Part shown: one piece after another, positions 17,353 through 25,642 of the stretch
Position numbering within the stretch: position 1 is the first letter of the stretch
How the letters are laid out: every line of letters begins with the position of its first letter
Assembly: GCA_902797065.1 (NCBI GenBank)
Contig: CADBRK010000085.1
Span: 1 to 33,991, forward strand
Direction of reading: 5' to 3'
Source: an uncultured Ruminococcus sp.
GTDB taxonomy: Bacteria; Bacillota; Clostridia; Oscillospirales; Acutalibacteraceae
Length of the DNA: 33,991 nucleotides
Program-made: the position numbers and the translations under genes
Notes under the pieces: model-generated
What the model was told of the DNA's origin: nothing
Databases searched by the model: none
What the model saw: only the letters and a program-made list of their open reading frames with translations

Positions 17353-18279
17353 GTGTCTTTTTCATCGGAGACAAAAAAAGAATTAAGCGAAGCAAAACTC
17401 AACCCTCCCGAACTTGGGTGGGCTGAGGCGTACGGGCTGTTGCTGTTTGCAAAAAAATTTACGCCCAAAGAGATATATTTCCGTACGGAGAGCAAAGATG
17501 CTGCCAACCGCTTTGCGGATATTATTACATCTGAGACGGGCGCAATAGTCGAAATAAGCAAAACACTGTCGGCAAGAGGCAATGACAGTATAAAGTATAG
17601 GGTCGCTGTCGTTTCGGAGAATGACTGTGAGAAAGTGTTCTGCGAGTGCGGGCACAGCGTAACCGATATAAACCTCAGGATCAACAGAGCAAATATCGGC
17701 TTTGAGGTCTGTATGGGCGCATTCCTTCGAGGGGCGTTCCTTACATGCGGAAATGTTTCTTCACCCGAGACGGAATACAGGCTTGAGTTCTGCGTGAGGC
17801 ACAAGGTGCTTTCGGAGGAGCTTTGCAGGTTCATCGAAGAAGCGGGGGAGAGCGTTATCGGCAGGCGCATTACGCCGAAGATCTCTGTAAGACGTGGCAA
17901 TTATATAGTATATATCAAGGACAGCGAGGATATTTCCGATCTGCTCACGATGATGGGCGCAGGCGGCGCAAGCATGACGATCATGCAGGTCAAGATCCTG
18001 CGCAATGCCGAGAATAACCGTATCAGGGCGATAAATTCTCAGATCGCAAATACGGACAAAACGCTTTCGGCTGCGGCAAAACAGGTGCAAGCGATTGAAA
18101 TACTCCGTTCCGACGGACGTCTCGGCGAACTCAGCGACGAACTGAGAGAAGCCGCCGAGATGAGAGAGAGATACCCTCTCGTATCGCTGAAAGAATTATG
18201 TGAACATTTTGACAAGCCCATCAGCAAATCGGGGCTTAATCACCGATTGAATAAACTGATCGAGCTTGCGGGATTATAA
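17353..18279 (+). CDS. whiA: DNA-binding protein WhiA.
   Basis: GTG start has an AAGGTGGA RBS. The product starts MSFSSETKKEL, has LAGLIDADG-like repeats and a C-terminal HTH (SKSGLNHRL.KL). Confidence 0.9.
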   Translation: MSFSSETKKELSEAKLNPPELGWAEAYGLLLFAKKFTPKEIYFRTESKDAANRFADIITSETGAIVEISKTLSARGNDSIKYRVAVVSENDCEKVFCECGHSVTDINLRINRANIGFEVCMGAFLRGAFLTCGNVSSPETEYRLEFCVRHKVLSEELCRFIEEAGESVIGRRITPKISVRRGNYIVYIKDSEDISDLLTMMGAGGASMTIMQVKILRNAENNRIRAINSQIANTDKTLSAAAKQVQAIEILRSDGRLGELSDELREAAEMRERYPLVSLKELCEHFDKPISKSGLNHRLNKLIELAGL

Positions 18280-18298
18280 TAAAAAGGAGATAATGACA

Positions 18299-19258
18299 AT
18301 GGGCTTATTTGATAAGTTTTCAAAGAAAAACACAGAAAAAGAAACAAAAGAGGAAACTAAAGAAGTCAAGGAAGAAGTAAAAGAGGAAGCTAAGGCTGAT
18401 GAGAACAAGGTCATAGATATTAATTCAAAGAGCAAGGAGGAAGATAACACTTCCGAGAAGCCGCAAACAACTCGCTTTACACTTGTTATCGACTGCATTA
18501 AGGAGCTTGACAACAACGAGGGCGTTATCGTGGGCGGCAATCTGCACGGTACGATCAACACGGGCGACAAGGTGTTCATACTGCACCCGATGTTCAAGGA
18601 GAGCAAGGTCATTTCGGTTGATGAGATCGAACTTCTCGAAGGCGAGAGCATAGGTGAGGGTGAAAAGGTTGACTTTGTCACCGATAAGCGTGTCGGGCTG
18701 AAACTGTCCGCAGTAACAGAAAAGGAAAAAGCGCCGAAGTATTCCGTCGTTACGAATATCATTCCCCAGCTTGCGATACATCCGACAAAGCCGCTTGACA
18801 ATCCGTTCCTGCTCGGACTTACATATGAATATCACCGCCTGATAAACGACAGAATGTTTGCCGATCTCTTTACATTCACCGTATTCTCGACCGGTTACCT
18901 TACTCCCGTAGAGCTTGAAAAGAAGCCTCTTGCAACGGAAAACGGCGCAATGAGGATCCCGCCGAACACAAAAGTCGGTTTCAAGCTGCTTACAAATCCC
19001 GAGGACAAAGACGAGAAGATGCTTGCGGTGTTCACGGACTTTGCCGCGCTCGGCAGATGGAAATCGCTTTTCGAGGGCGGAAAGACGCCTAATTCTATCG
19101 TTCTGAACTTCGACAAGTGCGCCGAGATAGGTCTTGCGCACAGCGGATATATCATCAATCCTTTCGGCCCTGCGCCGGTATTTGTGGCAAAGAACAATAT
19201 CGAGTACGCAAAACATATGAAGGCAGAGATGGATAAGAGGATAGCAGAGAAAAAATAA
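18299..19258 (+). CDS. SseB-family protein with an N-terminal Lys/Glu-rich repeat and a small beta-barrel-like segment.
   Basis: The C-terminal LAVFTDFAALGRW...IVLNF...GYIINPFGP pattern resembles the SseB domain. The start was chosen at ATG 18299, 9 nt after GGAG. Confidence 0.65.
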   Translation: MGLFDKFSKKNTEKETKEETKEVKEEVKEEAKADENKVIDINSKSKEEDNTSEKPQTTRFTLVIDCIKELDNNEGVIVGGNLHGTINTGDKVFILHPMFKESKVISVDEIELLEGESIGEGEKVDFVTDKRVGLKLSAVTEKEKAPKYSVVTNIIPQLAIHPTKPLDNPFLLGLTYEYHRLINDRMFADLFTFTVFSTGYLTPVELEKKPLATENGAMRIPPNTKVGFKLLTNPEDKDEKMLAVFTDFAALGRWKSLFEGGKTPNSIVLNFDKCAEIGLAHSGYIINPFGPAPVFVAKNNIEYAKHMKAEMDKRIAEKK

Positions 19259-19269
19259 TCTGAAAAATC

Positions 19270-19300
19270 AAGGAGGGCATTGTGACCCTCCTTTTGCTTT
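19270..19300 (+). terminator. Rho-independent terminator (+ strand).
   Basis: Stem AGGAGGG (19271-19277) / CCCTCCT (19286-19292) followed by TTTGCTTT. Confidence 0.75.
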
Positions 19301-19309
19301 GATTATGAT

Positions 19310-19342
19310 AAAAAAAGGGGCGCTTCGGTGAAAAGCGTCCCT
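19310..19342 (-). terminator. Rho-independent terminator (- strand) of the glycopolymer operon.
   Basis: Stem GGGGCGCTT (19317-19325) / AAGCGTCCC (19333-19341), with a T7 run on the minus strand (A-run 19310-19316). Confidence 0.8.
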
Positions 19343-19350
19343 TAAATATA

Positions 19351-22032
19351 TTATTTATCTGCAAGTCTGAGAACATCTTCGTATACTCTCTTACAGCTGT
19401 CCTCGTCAAAGAACGGATAGAATTCTTCGATCCTTTTGATGTACTTATCGCTGTTTTTGCAGTCGTTCTCGATGTATTTGCACACGGCATTTACCGTGCT
19501 TTCGAGATCGCGGCATACAGGACCGAATCCGTTGTCGTCGTAGCTGAAATAACCCTCGGAATAAGAGTGACCTTTGAAGAACGCTTCTTTATCGAACTGC
19601 GAGTATACAACAGGCTTTTTCAGATAGCCGAAGTCAAAGAATACGCTGGAATAGTCGGTGACGAGAAGCGCGCTTTCGGCAAACTGAGTCTGATAATCAA
19701 CATATCCGTGGTTTACCTTGAAAACATCGTTCTCGGTAAAGTCAACGTACTGCTCCGTGAACAGCGGATGCAGGCAGAATAGACCTTCATAGCCGTTCTT
19801 CTTCATGCATTCAACAAGCTTGGGGTTGTTGATAAGTCCGTTATAGAATTTAAAGAAATCGCTTTCCTTAAACTTATCGTAGTACACGCTGGTATCTGTT
19901 TTGGGATCAACGCACTTGTAGAGAGATTTTCTCCATGTCGGAATGATAAGTATCTTCTTCTTGACATTCTTGCTCATTCTTGTGAGATTATCAAATCTCG
20001 GGAATCCCGTAAGCCTTACCTCTTCTTCGGTATAGAAGTATTCCCCGTCAATAATCGATCTGTACTCGGGCTTACCTGCCGTAACGAAAAGCTTTATGTT
20101 CTTGTTTGTCTTGTTGAGCCAGCCTGAGATGTCGTCTTTTGTTATTCCGTGCTGAAGGAACACAAAGTTGAAGTTGAACAGATCGGACATACAGAGTCTG
20201 TCGCCGCCGTAGGGGTTAAGAACGTATTCGCTTGCCTGAGACGAAATGACGTTTTCGCTCTGGAGAGTCATAAGTCTGAACTTTGCGGTACCGAAATCTA
20301 TGATCTTGCCGATTTTTGACATTCTCTCATAGTCCTCGCTGTCCTTCTGAAGAACAAAGTACGGCTTGATGCCCCTGTGCTTTATACTCTGAACATATTT
20401 GAAGAAGTGCTCGCCGTTATCGCCTGCTTTGTTGGGTCTGTCAGAGATAAGCCATACGTGCTTGTTGAACGGACGCATCAGGAAGTAGAGCAGACGGTGT
20501 TTTATCAGATAGCCTCGCTTTATTCTCCTGAGATGAGACCAGTACTGAAGCTCGTACTTCAAATGCCTTCTCTTTTTATAAGGAATAACTTTAAGCGTTT
20601 TACCGACTCTTTTCAGGATATAATCGCCCGTGCAGTAGTATCCGAAATCTTTGCCGAGCGTCGGGATATGGGCAAATTTACCCATTTCAACATATATCCT
20701 GGTAATGTAGGTATCCTTATATTTCAGGAAGAATTCAATGCTGTCTTCTCTGCCTTTTTTTACGGGTATCGCAAACTTAAAGCCCTTGCCGTCAAAAGCT
20801 TTAAGCCCCATGATCGGCGTGTCGTACTTTTCGGTGAGGTACAGCTCGGGTGTGTACTCTTTTCCGTTTACCGTCGCATAGAAAGAATAATCCGCACGAT
20901 CAAGGAAGAGATTGTCTTTTCCTTCGATGTACAGCACGTCGTCCTGAATTTCCATAAAAGTGAAAATGAGCAGCGATCTCACTTCGAGAAGATTCATCAC
21001 GATAATATTATTGAAGAACAGCTTTCCGTGATCGTATTCAAGTTCTTTGGTAATATCTCTCCGGTATTTAATGCCGAGAGCATATACCTTCGCTCCGACA
21101 CCCATATTCTTCTGAGTGAGAATGATCCTGTCGTCAATTTCGAGAAGTAGACTGTTAATGATGCTTTTGTACTGCTCCAATTTCTCGTTGGTAAGCATAC
21201 CTTTCAGGTCTTTGCCGAGTCTCCAACGCAGATCATACATTACGATGTACTGAATGAACTCGAGAACACGGCCGTAACGCTTTTTGGACTGTTCGATAAG
21301 ATCCTTATGGAAATACTTCGGCGAATCGAAATAATAGCTGTCGGATTTCAGCTCGTTCTGGAGAGCCGAGCTTTCGTCGCTTCTTTTTCTGTAAAGGTGA
21401 ACAGCCTCGCGGATAACGCCGAGTTTGCACTTGTCGAGAATGATCGAGTTGATAAACTGAGAGTCCTCGCCGTATTTAAGATTAGTCGAGAATCTGATGT
21501 CACCGATAGCCGAGGCTTTTATAAATGCGCCTGTAACGTCCATCTGGATCATTTCGTAGTAGGTGAGGAGATCAACGACTCTGGTGCTGCTGAATTTATA
21601 GTCAAGGTAGTGATAGCCCGTTGTTGCATCAAAAAACTGTTTTCTTGCACCTACAACGTCTATCTGATCCTGGTTTTCTTCAAAGAAATCATATACGAGC
21701 TTAAACGCGTCCTTCTTCCAGCAGTCGTCGGAGTCAAGGAAGTTTACGTATTTTCCCTCGATGTATTTTATGCCGTTATTCCTTGCGGAGCTTACGCCGC
21801 CGTTTTCCTGAAGAACATATACGATATTATCGGGGTACTTGCTCTGATATTTCTTGCATATCTCTTCGCTGTTGTCGGGGCTTCCGTCGTTGACAAATAT
21901 TATCTGAATATTCTCCTTGAATCCGATTGTCTGAGCGATTACAGAATCTACGGTTTCTTTCAGATATTTCTCTACATTGTAAACCGGTATAACTACCGAA
22001 AACTTGAATTTGTAATCGTTTTTGTTTGACAT
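19351..22032 (-). CDS. Bifunctional family-2 glycosyltransferase (N-terminal) and CDP-glycerol glycerophosphotransferase (TagF-like, C-terminal).
   Basis: N-terminus: FSVVIPVYNVEKYL...VNDGSPDNS (GT2). C-terminus: FLQHGI and IIPTWR motifs of the TagF/TagB family. The product is 893 aa. Confidence 0.88.
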   Translation of the reverse strand: MSNKNDYKFKFSVVIPVYNVEKYLKETVDSVIAQTIGFKENIQIIFVNDGSPDNSEEICKKYQSKYPDNIVYVLQENGGVSSARNNGIKYIEGKYVNFLDSDDCWKKDAFKLVYDFFEENQDQIDVVGARKQFFDATTGYHYLDYKFSSTRVVDLLTYYEMIQMDVTGAFIKASAIGDIRFSTNLKYGEDSQFINSIILDKCKLGVIREAVHLYRKRSDESSALQNELKSDSYYFDSPKYFHKDLIEQSKKRYGRVLEFIQYIVMYDLRWRLGKDLKGMLTNEKLEQYKSIINSLLLEIDDRIILTQKNMGVGAKVYALGIKYRRDITKELEYDHGKLFFNNIIVMNLLEVRSLLIFTFMEIQDDVLYIEGKDNLFLDRADYSFYATVNGKEYTPELYLTEKYDTPIMGLKAFDGKGFKFAIPVKKGREDSIEFFLKYKDTYITRIYVEMGKFAHIPTLGKDFGYYCTGDYILKRVGKTLKVIPYKKRRHLKYELQYWSHLRRIKRGYLIKHRLLYFLMRPFNKHVWLISDRPNKAGDNGEHFFKYVQSIKHRGIKPYFVLQKDSEDYERMSKIGKIIDFGTAKFRLMTLQSENVISSQASEYVLNPYGGDRLCMSDLFNFNFVFLQHGITKDDISGWLNKTNKNIKLFVTAGKPEYRSIIDGEYFYTEEEVRLTGFPRFDNLTRMSKNVKKKILIIPTWRKSLYKCVDPKTDTSVYYDKFKESDFFKFYNGLINNPKLVECMKKNGYEGLFCLHPLFTEQYVDFTENDVFKVNHGYVDYQTQFAESALLVTDYSSVFFDFGYLKKPVVYSQFDKEAFFKGHSYSEGYFSYDDNGFGPVCRDLESTVNAVCKYIENDCKNSDKYIKRIEEFYPFFDEDSCKRVYEDVLRLADK

Positions 22033-22047
22033 GCGATACTCCTTTTA

Positions 22048-23058
22048 TTACTTTTCAAAGCTTGATTTATCGGGAAGAAGTTTTGTAAACGAATCTATTA
22101 CCTGCTGTTTTTGTTTTTCAAAGTCGGATGTGTTTATCGTATCATTAACGCAGATCTGCTTATATCTGCCTTTCTCTATTGATCTGAGCAGCTCGTCAAA
22201 GAGGGAATCTGTGATGTGGAAACATCTTCCGCCCTTTGTGCTTTTCGGGATCGGAATTCCTTCCGCAAGCTGCCAGTATTTTATAAGCCACTGATTGCAG
22301 TTGTTCTTTGTGCGGAACTTATCGCTGCATGTTTCGTCAAGAACATCTCCTTCAATATCCCAGACCGTTTCGTAGGTACTTTTCAAAAAGTTGCTCGGAA
22401 GATGATTGTAGTACATTCCCGGGAACCACGGCCACATACTCAGGGCGATGGTCTTGATATTTCTCTTTATACCGTTTGCGGGGGTGTACCATTTGAAGAA
22501 ATGCTTTTTCATGACCTGCGTGCGTACAAAATGTGTGTTGATAAGCTCGATGTCGTTGCCGTTGAAGAAACCTGCGCTCTTTTTCCTGAAAAAGATGCAG
22601 TCTAAAGCGTATGTATCGCGGGGACGTCCGTCCTTGAAAAAGTCTTCGGGCTTAACGGGTGCGGTTATGAACATATCGTCGTTGAAATACACAAACTGCT
22701 CGGCAAGCCCTTCGATCCTGTGGAGATTCAGCTCAATGGTATTTGCGTTGAAGGTAGGCAGATATTTCTCGGGTATATAGTCTTTGTGATTAACAACATT
22801 AAGCTTCGGGTTGTCCGTATTCAGCCACGGGGGAAGATGTCCCCATGTGACGAAGTGGATCTTGTTTACCCACGGCGCAAACTTCTCGACACCTCTGAAC
22901 CAGAACTGGAGATTATCCCAGCTTCTGTATCGTATCTCGGTGCTGTCACCCGTTTTATTCGATTTGTCGTATAAATTCTTTTCTTTCTGCCACTCGGGAT
23001 CGTTTCCGTCGACCCAGATAATAACAAAATCAATTTTATCCAAGATCTTCACCACCAT
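22048..23058 (-). CDS. Stealth-family capsular polysaccharide (hexose-1-phosphate) phosphotransferase.
   Basis: Stealth CR1 is IDFVIIWVDGNDPEW. CR2 is EIRYRS...APWVNKIHFVTWGHLPPWLN...VVNHKDY...LPTFN. CR3 is FVYFNDDMF. Confidence 0.85.
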   Translation of the reverse strand: MVVKILDKIDFVIIWVDGNDPEWQKEKNLYDKSNKTGDSTEIRYRSWDNLQFWFRGVEKFAPWVNKIHFVTWGHLPPWLNTDNPKLNVVNHKDYIPEKYLPTFNANTIELNLHRIEGLAEQFVYFNDDMFITAPVKPEDFFKDGRPRDTYALDCIFFRKKSAGFFNGNDIELINTHFVRTQVMKKHFFKWYTPANGIKRNIKTIALSMWPWFPGMYYNHLPSNFLKSTYETVWDIEGDVLDETCSDKFRTKNNCNQWLIKYWQLAEGIPIPKSTKGGRCFHITDSLFDELLRSIEKGRYKQICVNDTINTSDFEKQKQQVIDSFTKLLPDKSSFEK

Positions 23059-23154
23059 TGTTAAAAACCGGACGGTATGAAAACGACTGCTTTAATTGAA
23101 GAAAAACCGCATCACACATAACCGCCCGTTTTAAATCTATTGCGTACTTTGTTC

Positions 23155-23183
23155 ATTATATCATATTTGATGATTGTGTACAA
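23155..23183 (-). promoter_or_regulatory. Sigma-A-type promoter on the minus strand for the Stealth / GT2-TagF genes.
   Basis: On the minus strand: TTGTAC (23183-23178), a 17-nt spacer ending in TGa, then TATAAT (23160-23155). Confidence 0.5.
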
Positions 23184-23285
23184 TTAGCAAATACTACAAG
23201 AAATTTTAGAAATATTGCTCAATTATCATTTTTTCCTTATATGATTCGACAAAATCATGATGAAAATACTGTGCGGAAACACAAA

Positions 23286-24359
23286 TTATACAGCTTTTTT
23301 TCGACATGCGCCGAGCTTATTTTTGTACAGCGAACAGAGCTTTTCTATGGGTATATGTATGACTGCGGCGGCAGGTATCGAAATAACAAGCACCGACAGC
23401 GTAAATACAGGTTCATCTGTATTCAGAATGCTTATTTTTTGGACGATCTCTATTATCAGACCGTGGAGCAGGTACAGTTCAAGCGAGAATACGCCGATCT
23501 TGTTCATCAGAGTGTTTCCGGAAAAATCAACCTTCATGCATATAAGAGGTATAAACACCGCCATCGCAAACGAAAAAAAGAGCGTGATAAAATAGTTTAT
23601 ACCGCTGCCCCTTTTCGTGGATGCCTTCGCCGCATATAAAGCCGCTATCAGCGCAAGGTTTATAATCAGCGGCAGTGTGTAATGCTTTTTGAGAGCTTTC
23701 AGGATTTTCTTTTCACAGACAGACAGTACGACGCCCGCCCAGAAGCAGGGAGCTGTGTTGTACCACCACATGCCGTAGTGCAATCTCCGGCACATCAGCA
23801 TATATATAATAACTCCGGTCAGATTGCCGATCATAAACAGTACGGTCTTATTCTTTGTGAAAAACAGCTTCGCATTTATGTAGTACACGATATACAGATA
23901 GATGATCGCAAGGATATACCACGAGTTCTTTACGATCGGATCGCCGTTATAAAGCGAGATCAGCGCTTTTTGTATCGTGCAGCCGTTTGCGAAATGCTCG
24001 TACAGATAATATATCACAAAGAAAATGACATAAGGAATAACGATCACACCGAGACGCTTGGGGATAAACCCTTTCAGGTATGCTTCACGCTTCGTTTTGA
24101 GCTGCACGGTGAGTCCGTACCCCGATATGATAAAAAAGCCCGCTGTGCCGAGAACACCGAAATGGTACAGCCTGTCAAATAAAAACCCGCCTTCGGTTAT
24201 GTTTGAAATATGGTGAAGAACAACTACAACGGCAAATATTCCCCTTAATGCCCTGCACTGTCCGGGCGAAAAATAGTCGTCTGCGAATTGCTTGCCCGGC
24301 TTTTTTATTTTGAGGCGGTACAATACAGTCATTATAAATAACGCTATGAATATATCCAT
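23286..24359 (-). CDS. Acyltransferase family 3 (membrane O-acyltransferase, OatA/WecH-like).
   Basis: The 357-aa product has about 10 TM segments and the LRGIFAVVVVLHHI motif typical of the acyltransferase_3 family. Confidence 0.85.
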   Translation of the reverse strand: MDIFIALFIMTVLYRLKIKKPGKQFADDYFSPGQCRALRGIFAVVVVLHHISNITEGGFLFDRLYHFGVLGTAGFFIISGYGLTVQLKTKREAYLKGFIPKRLGVIVIPYVIFFVIYYLYEHFANGCTIQKALISLYNGDPIVKNSWYILAIIYLYIVYYINAKLFFTKNKTVLFMIGNLTGVIIYMLMCRRLHYGMWWYNTAPCFWAGVVLSVCEKKILKALKKHYTLPLIINLALIAALYAAKASTKRGSGINYFITLFFSFAMAVFIPLICMKVDFSGNTLMNKIGVFSLELYLLHGLIIEIVQKISILNTDEPVFTLSVLVISIPAAAVIHIPIEKLCSLYKNKLGACRKKAV

Positions 24360-24471
24360 TTCTCTGTTATCCCCTTAAAATCGGCTTGATGTGATTTTTT
24401 CGATCATATTATGCTATGCGTTACTACGCAGGAATTCGGGTATTCGCAAAAAATGTTCCGTACGCTGCCGC

Positions 24472-24510
24472 ATAAAAATAAAGCGGAACAACTCTCCGTG
24501 TGTTCCGCTT
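24472..24510 (-). terminator. Strong intrinsic terminator, minus-strand specific.
   Basis: Perfect 10-bp stem AAGCGGAACA / TGTTCCGCTT (24481-24490 and 24501-24510) with a 10-nt loop. On the minus strand it is followed by TATTTTTAT. Confidence 0.8.
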
Positions 24511-24536
24511 TGAGTAATTATTATTACCCTCAAACT
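24472..24536 (-). ncRNA. Predicted roughly 64-nt transcript, either a small RNA or a terminated leader of the acyltransferase gene.
   Basis: It is bounded by the consensus promoter (24543-24571) and the terminator (24472-24510). It contains a 5' hairpin UUUGA-GG-GUAAU aaua AUUAC-UCAAA and has no ATG. Confidence 0.45.
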
Positions 24537-24542
24537 ATACCT

Positions 24543-24571
24543 ATTATACAACTCACAGACATTGTTGTCAA
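24543..24571 (-). promoter_or_regulatory. Perfect-consensus sigma-A promoter on the minus strand.
   Basis: The reverse complement reads TTGACA (24571-24566), a 17-nt spacer acaatgtctgtgagttg, then TATAAT (24548-24543). Confidence 0.7.
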
Positions 24572-24630
24572 TAATCCGACATTAAAATTTTTCTAAAATG
24601 TGAATTAATAATTAAGAATATAAAAAATCA

Positions 24631-24659
24631 TAGACATATCCATCACAATAGGATATAAT
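24631..24659 (+). promoter_or_regulatory. Sigma-A-type promoter for the macrodomain gene.
   Basis: TAGACA (24631-24636), 17-nt spacer, TATAAT (24654-24659). An AAGGGGG RBS precedes the ATG at 24684. Confidence 0.6.
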
Positions 24660-24683
24660 ATATAAGAAAAGGGGGCGGATCGG

Positions 24684-25499
24684 ATGACGCAGGATCAGAG
24701 GAGAGTTTATCTGATAAAAGAATTGCTTGCGGAAAAGAAAAACGCAAAGATAGTGAGGATTCCCACAAGCGCCGTTCAGCAAAAAAACCTGCTCAGAACG
24801 CTTATGAACGAGAGAGAGCCTGCTCCGATAAGCGATGAGTTTTTGAAAATACAGGACGAATACCTGAAATACGCCATAGCGCAGAAGGGTATCACGCATA
24901 TAAACGATCTTGAACCGATCGAAAAGGAGATGTATCTCTGGCAGGGCGATATTACCACGCTTGACTGCGACGCCGTCGTCAATGCCGCCAACTCGGAGAT
25001 GCTCGGCTGCTTTCAGCCGCTTCATAACTGCATAGATAACTGCATACATACATATTCGGGCGTACAGCTCAGAAATTACTGCGACGAGATGATGAAAGAG
25101 CAGGGTCACGAAGAACCGTCGGGACAGGCAAAAATTACGCCTGCATTCAATCTTCCCGCAAAGTACATAATACATACGGTGGGTCCGAGAATAAACGGCT
25201 TTGTGCGCGAGAAGCATAAAAAAACGCTCGAATCGTGCTATAACAAGTGCCTTGAGACAGCAGAGAAAAACGGCTGCCTCAGCATAGCGTTCTGCTGTAT
25301 CTCTACGGGTGTGTTCGGGTTTCCTCAGTATGACGCCGCAAAGATAGCCTTAAAAACAGTGTCGTCATATAAAAAGAAGCATAAAAGCAGTATCAAGGTC
25401 ATATTCAATGTGTTCAAGTACGAAGACCTGATGATATACGAAGAATTATTTGAAGAAAAGAAATTGCTGGAGCATATTGTCGAGCTTGCCGAACAGTAA
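24684..25499 (+). CDS. Macrodomain protein-ADP-ribose hydrolase (Firmicute roughly 270-aa type with an N-terminal helical extension).
   Basis: LWQGDITTLDCDAVVNAANS.MLGCF and ISTGVFGFP macro-domain motifs are present. Confidence 0.85.
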   Translation: MTQDQRRVYLIKELLAEKKNAKIVRIPTSAVQQKNLLRTLMNEREPAPISDEFLKIQDEYLKYAIAQKGITHINDLEPIEKEMYLWQGDITTLDCDAVVNAANSEMLGCFQPLHNCIDNCIHTYSGVQLRNYCDEMMKEQGHEEPSGQAKITPAFNLPAKYIIHTVGPRINGFVREKHKKTLESCYNKCLETAEKNGCLSIAFCCISTGVFGFPQYDAAKIALKTVSSYKKKHKSSIKVIFNVFKYEDLMIYEELFEEKKLLEHIVELAEQ

Positions 25500-25544
25500 T
25501 ATCGTTACTTACAAAACTGTAATCATTAATGACGTTATTAGTGG

Positions 25545-25574
25545 TTGTAATCAATGCCCGGTATGTGATATAAT
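25545..25574 (+). promoter_or_regulatory. Extended -10 sigma-A-type promoter for the PASTA pseudokinase gene.
   Basis: TTGTAA (25545-25550), an 18-nt spacer, then TGaTATAAT (25566-25574). Confidence 0.55.
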
Positions 25575-25642
25575 TCATTAGAATAGAGTAATTTTGTTTT
25601 TTGGAAAAGAATTATCATTATAAAGTTTTATGGAGTGATTAG

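Noticed and set aside
20377-22029. Two long plus-strand ORFs (257 aa and 240 aa) inside the GT2-TagF gene.
   Set aside because: They are antisense shadow frames of a strongly motif-supported 893-aa CDS in AT-rich DNA. No RBS or motifs are present.
23241-24182. Plus-strand ORFs of 132, 112 and 166 aa overlapping the acyltransferase gene.
   Set aside because: They are antisense to a 10-TM acyltransferase_3 CDS and have low-complexity basic composition.
24411-25217. A 61-aa plus-strand ORF (24411-24596) and a 201-aa minus-strand ORF (24612-25217).
   Set aside because: The first ORF runs through the promoter and terminator element and has no RBS. The second is antisense to the macrodomain CDS.
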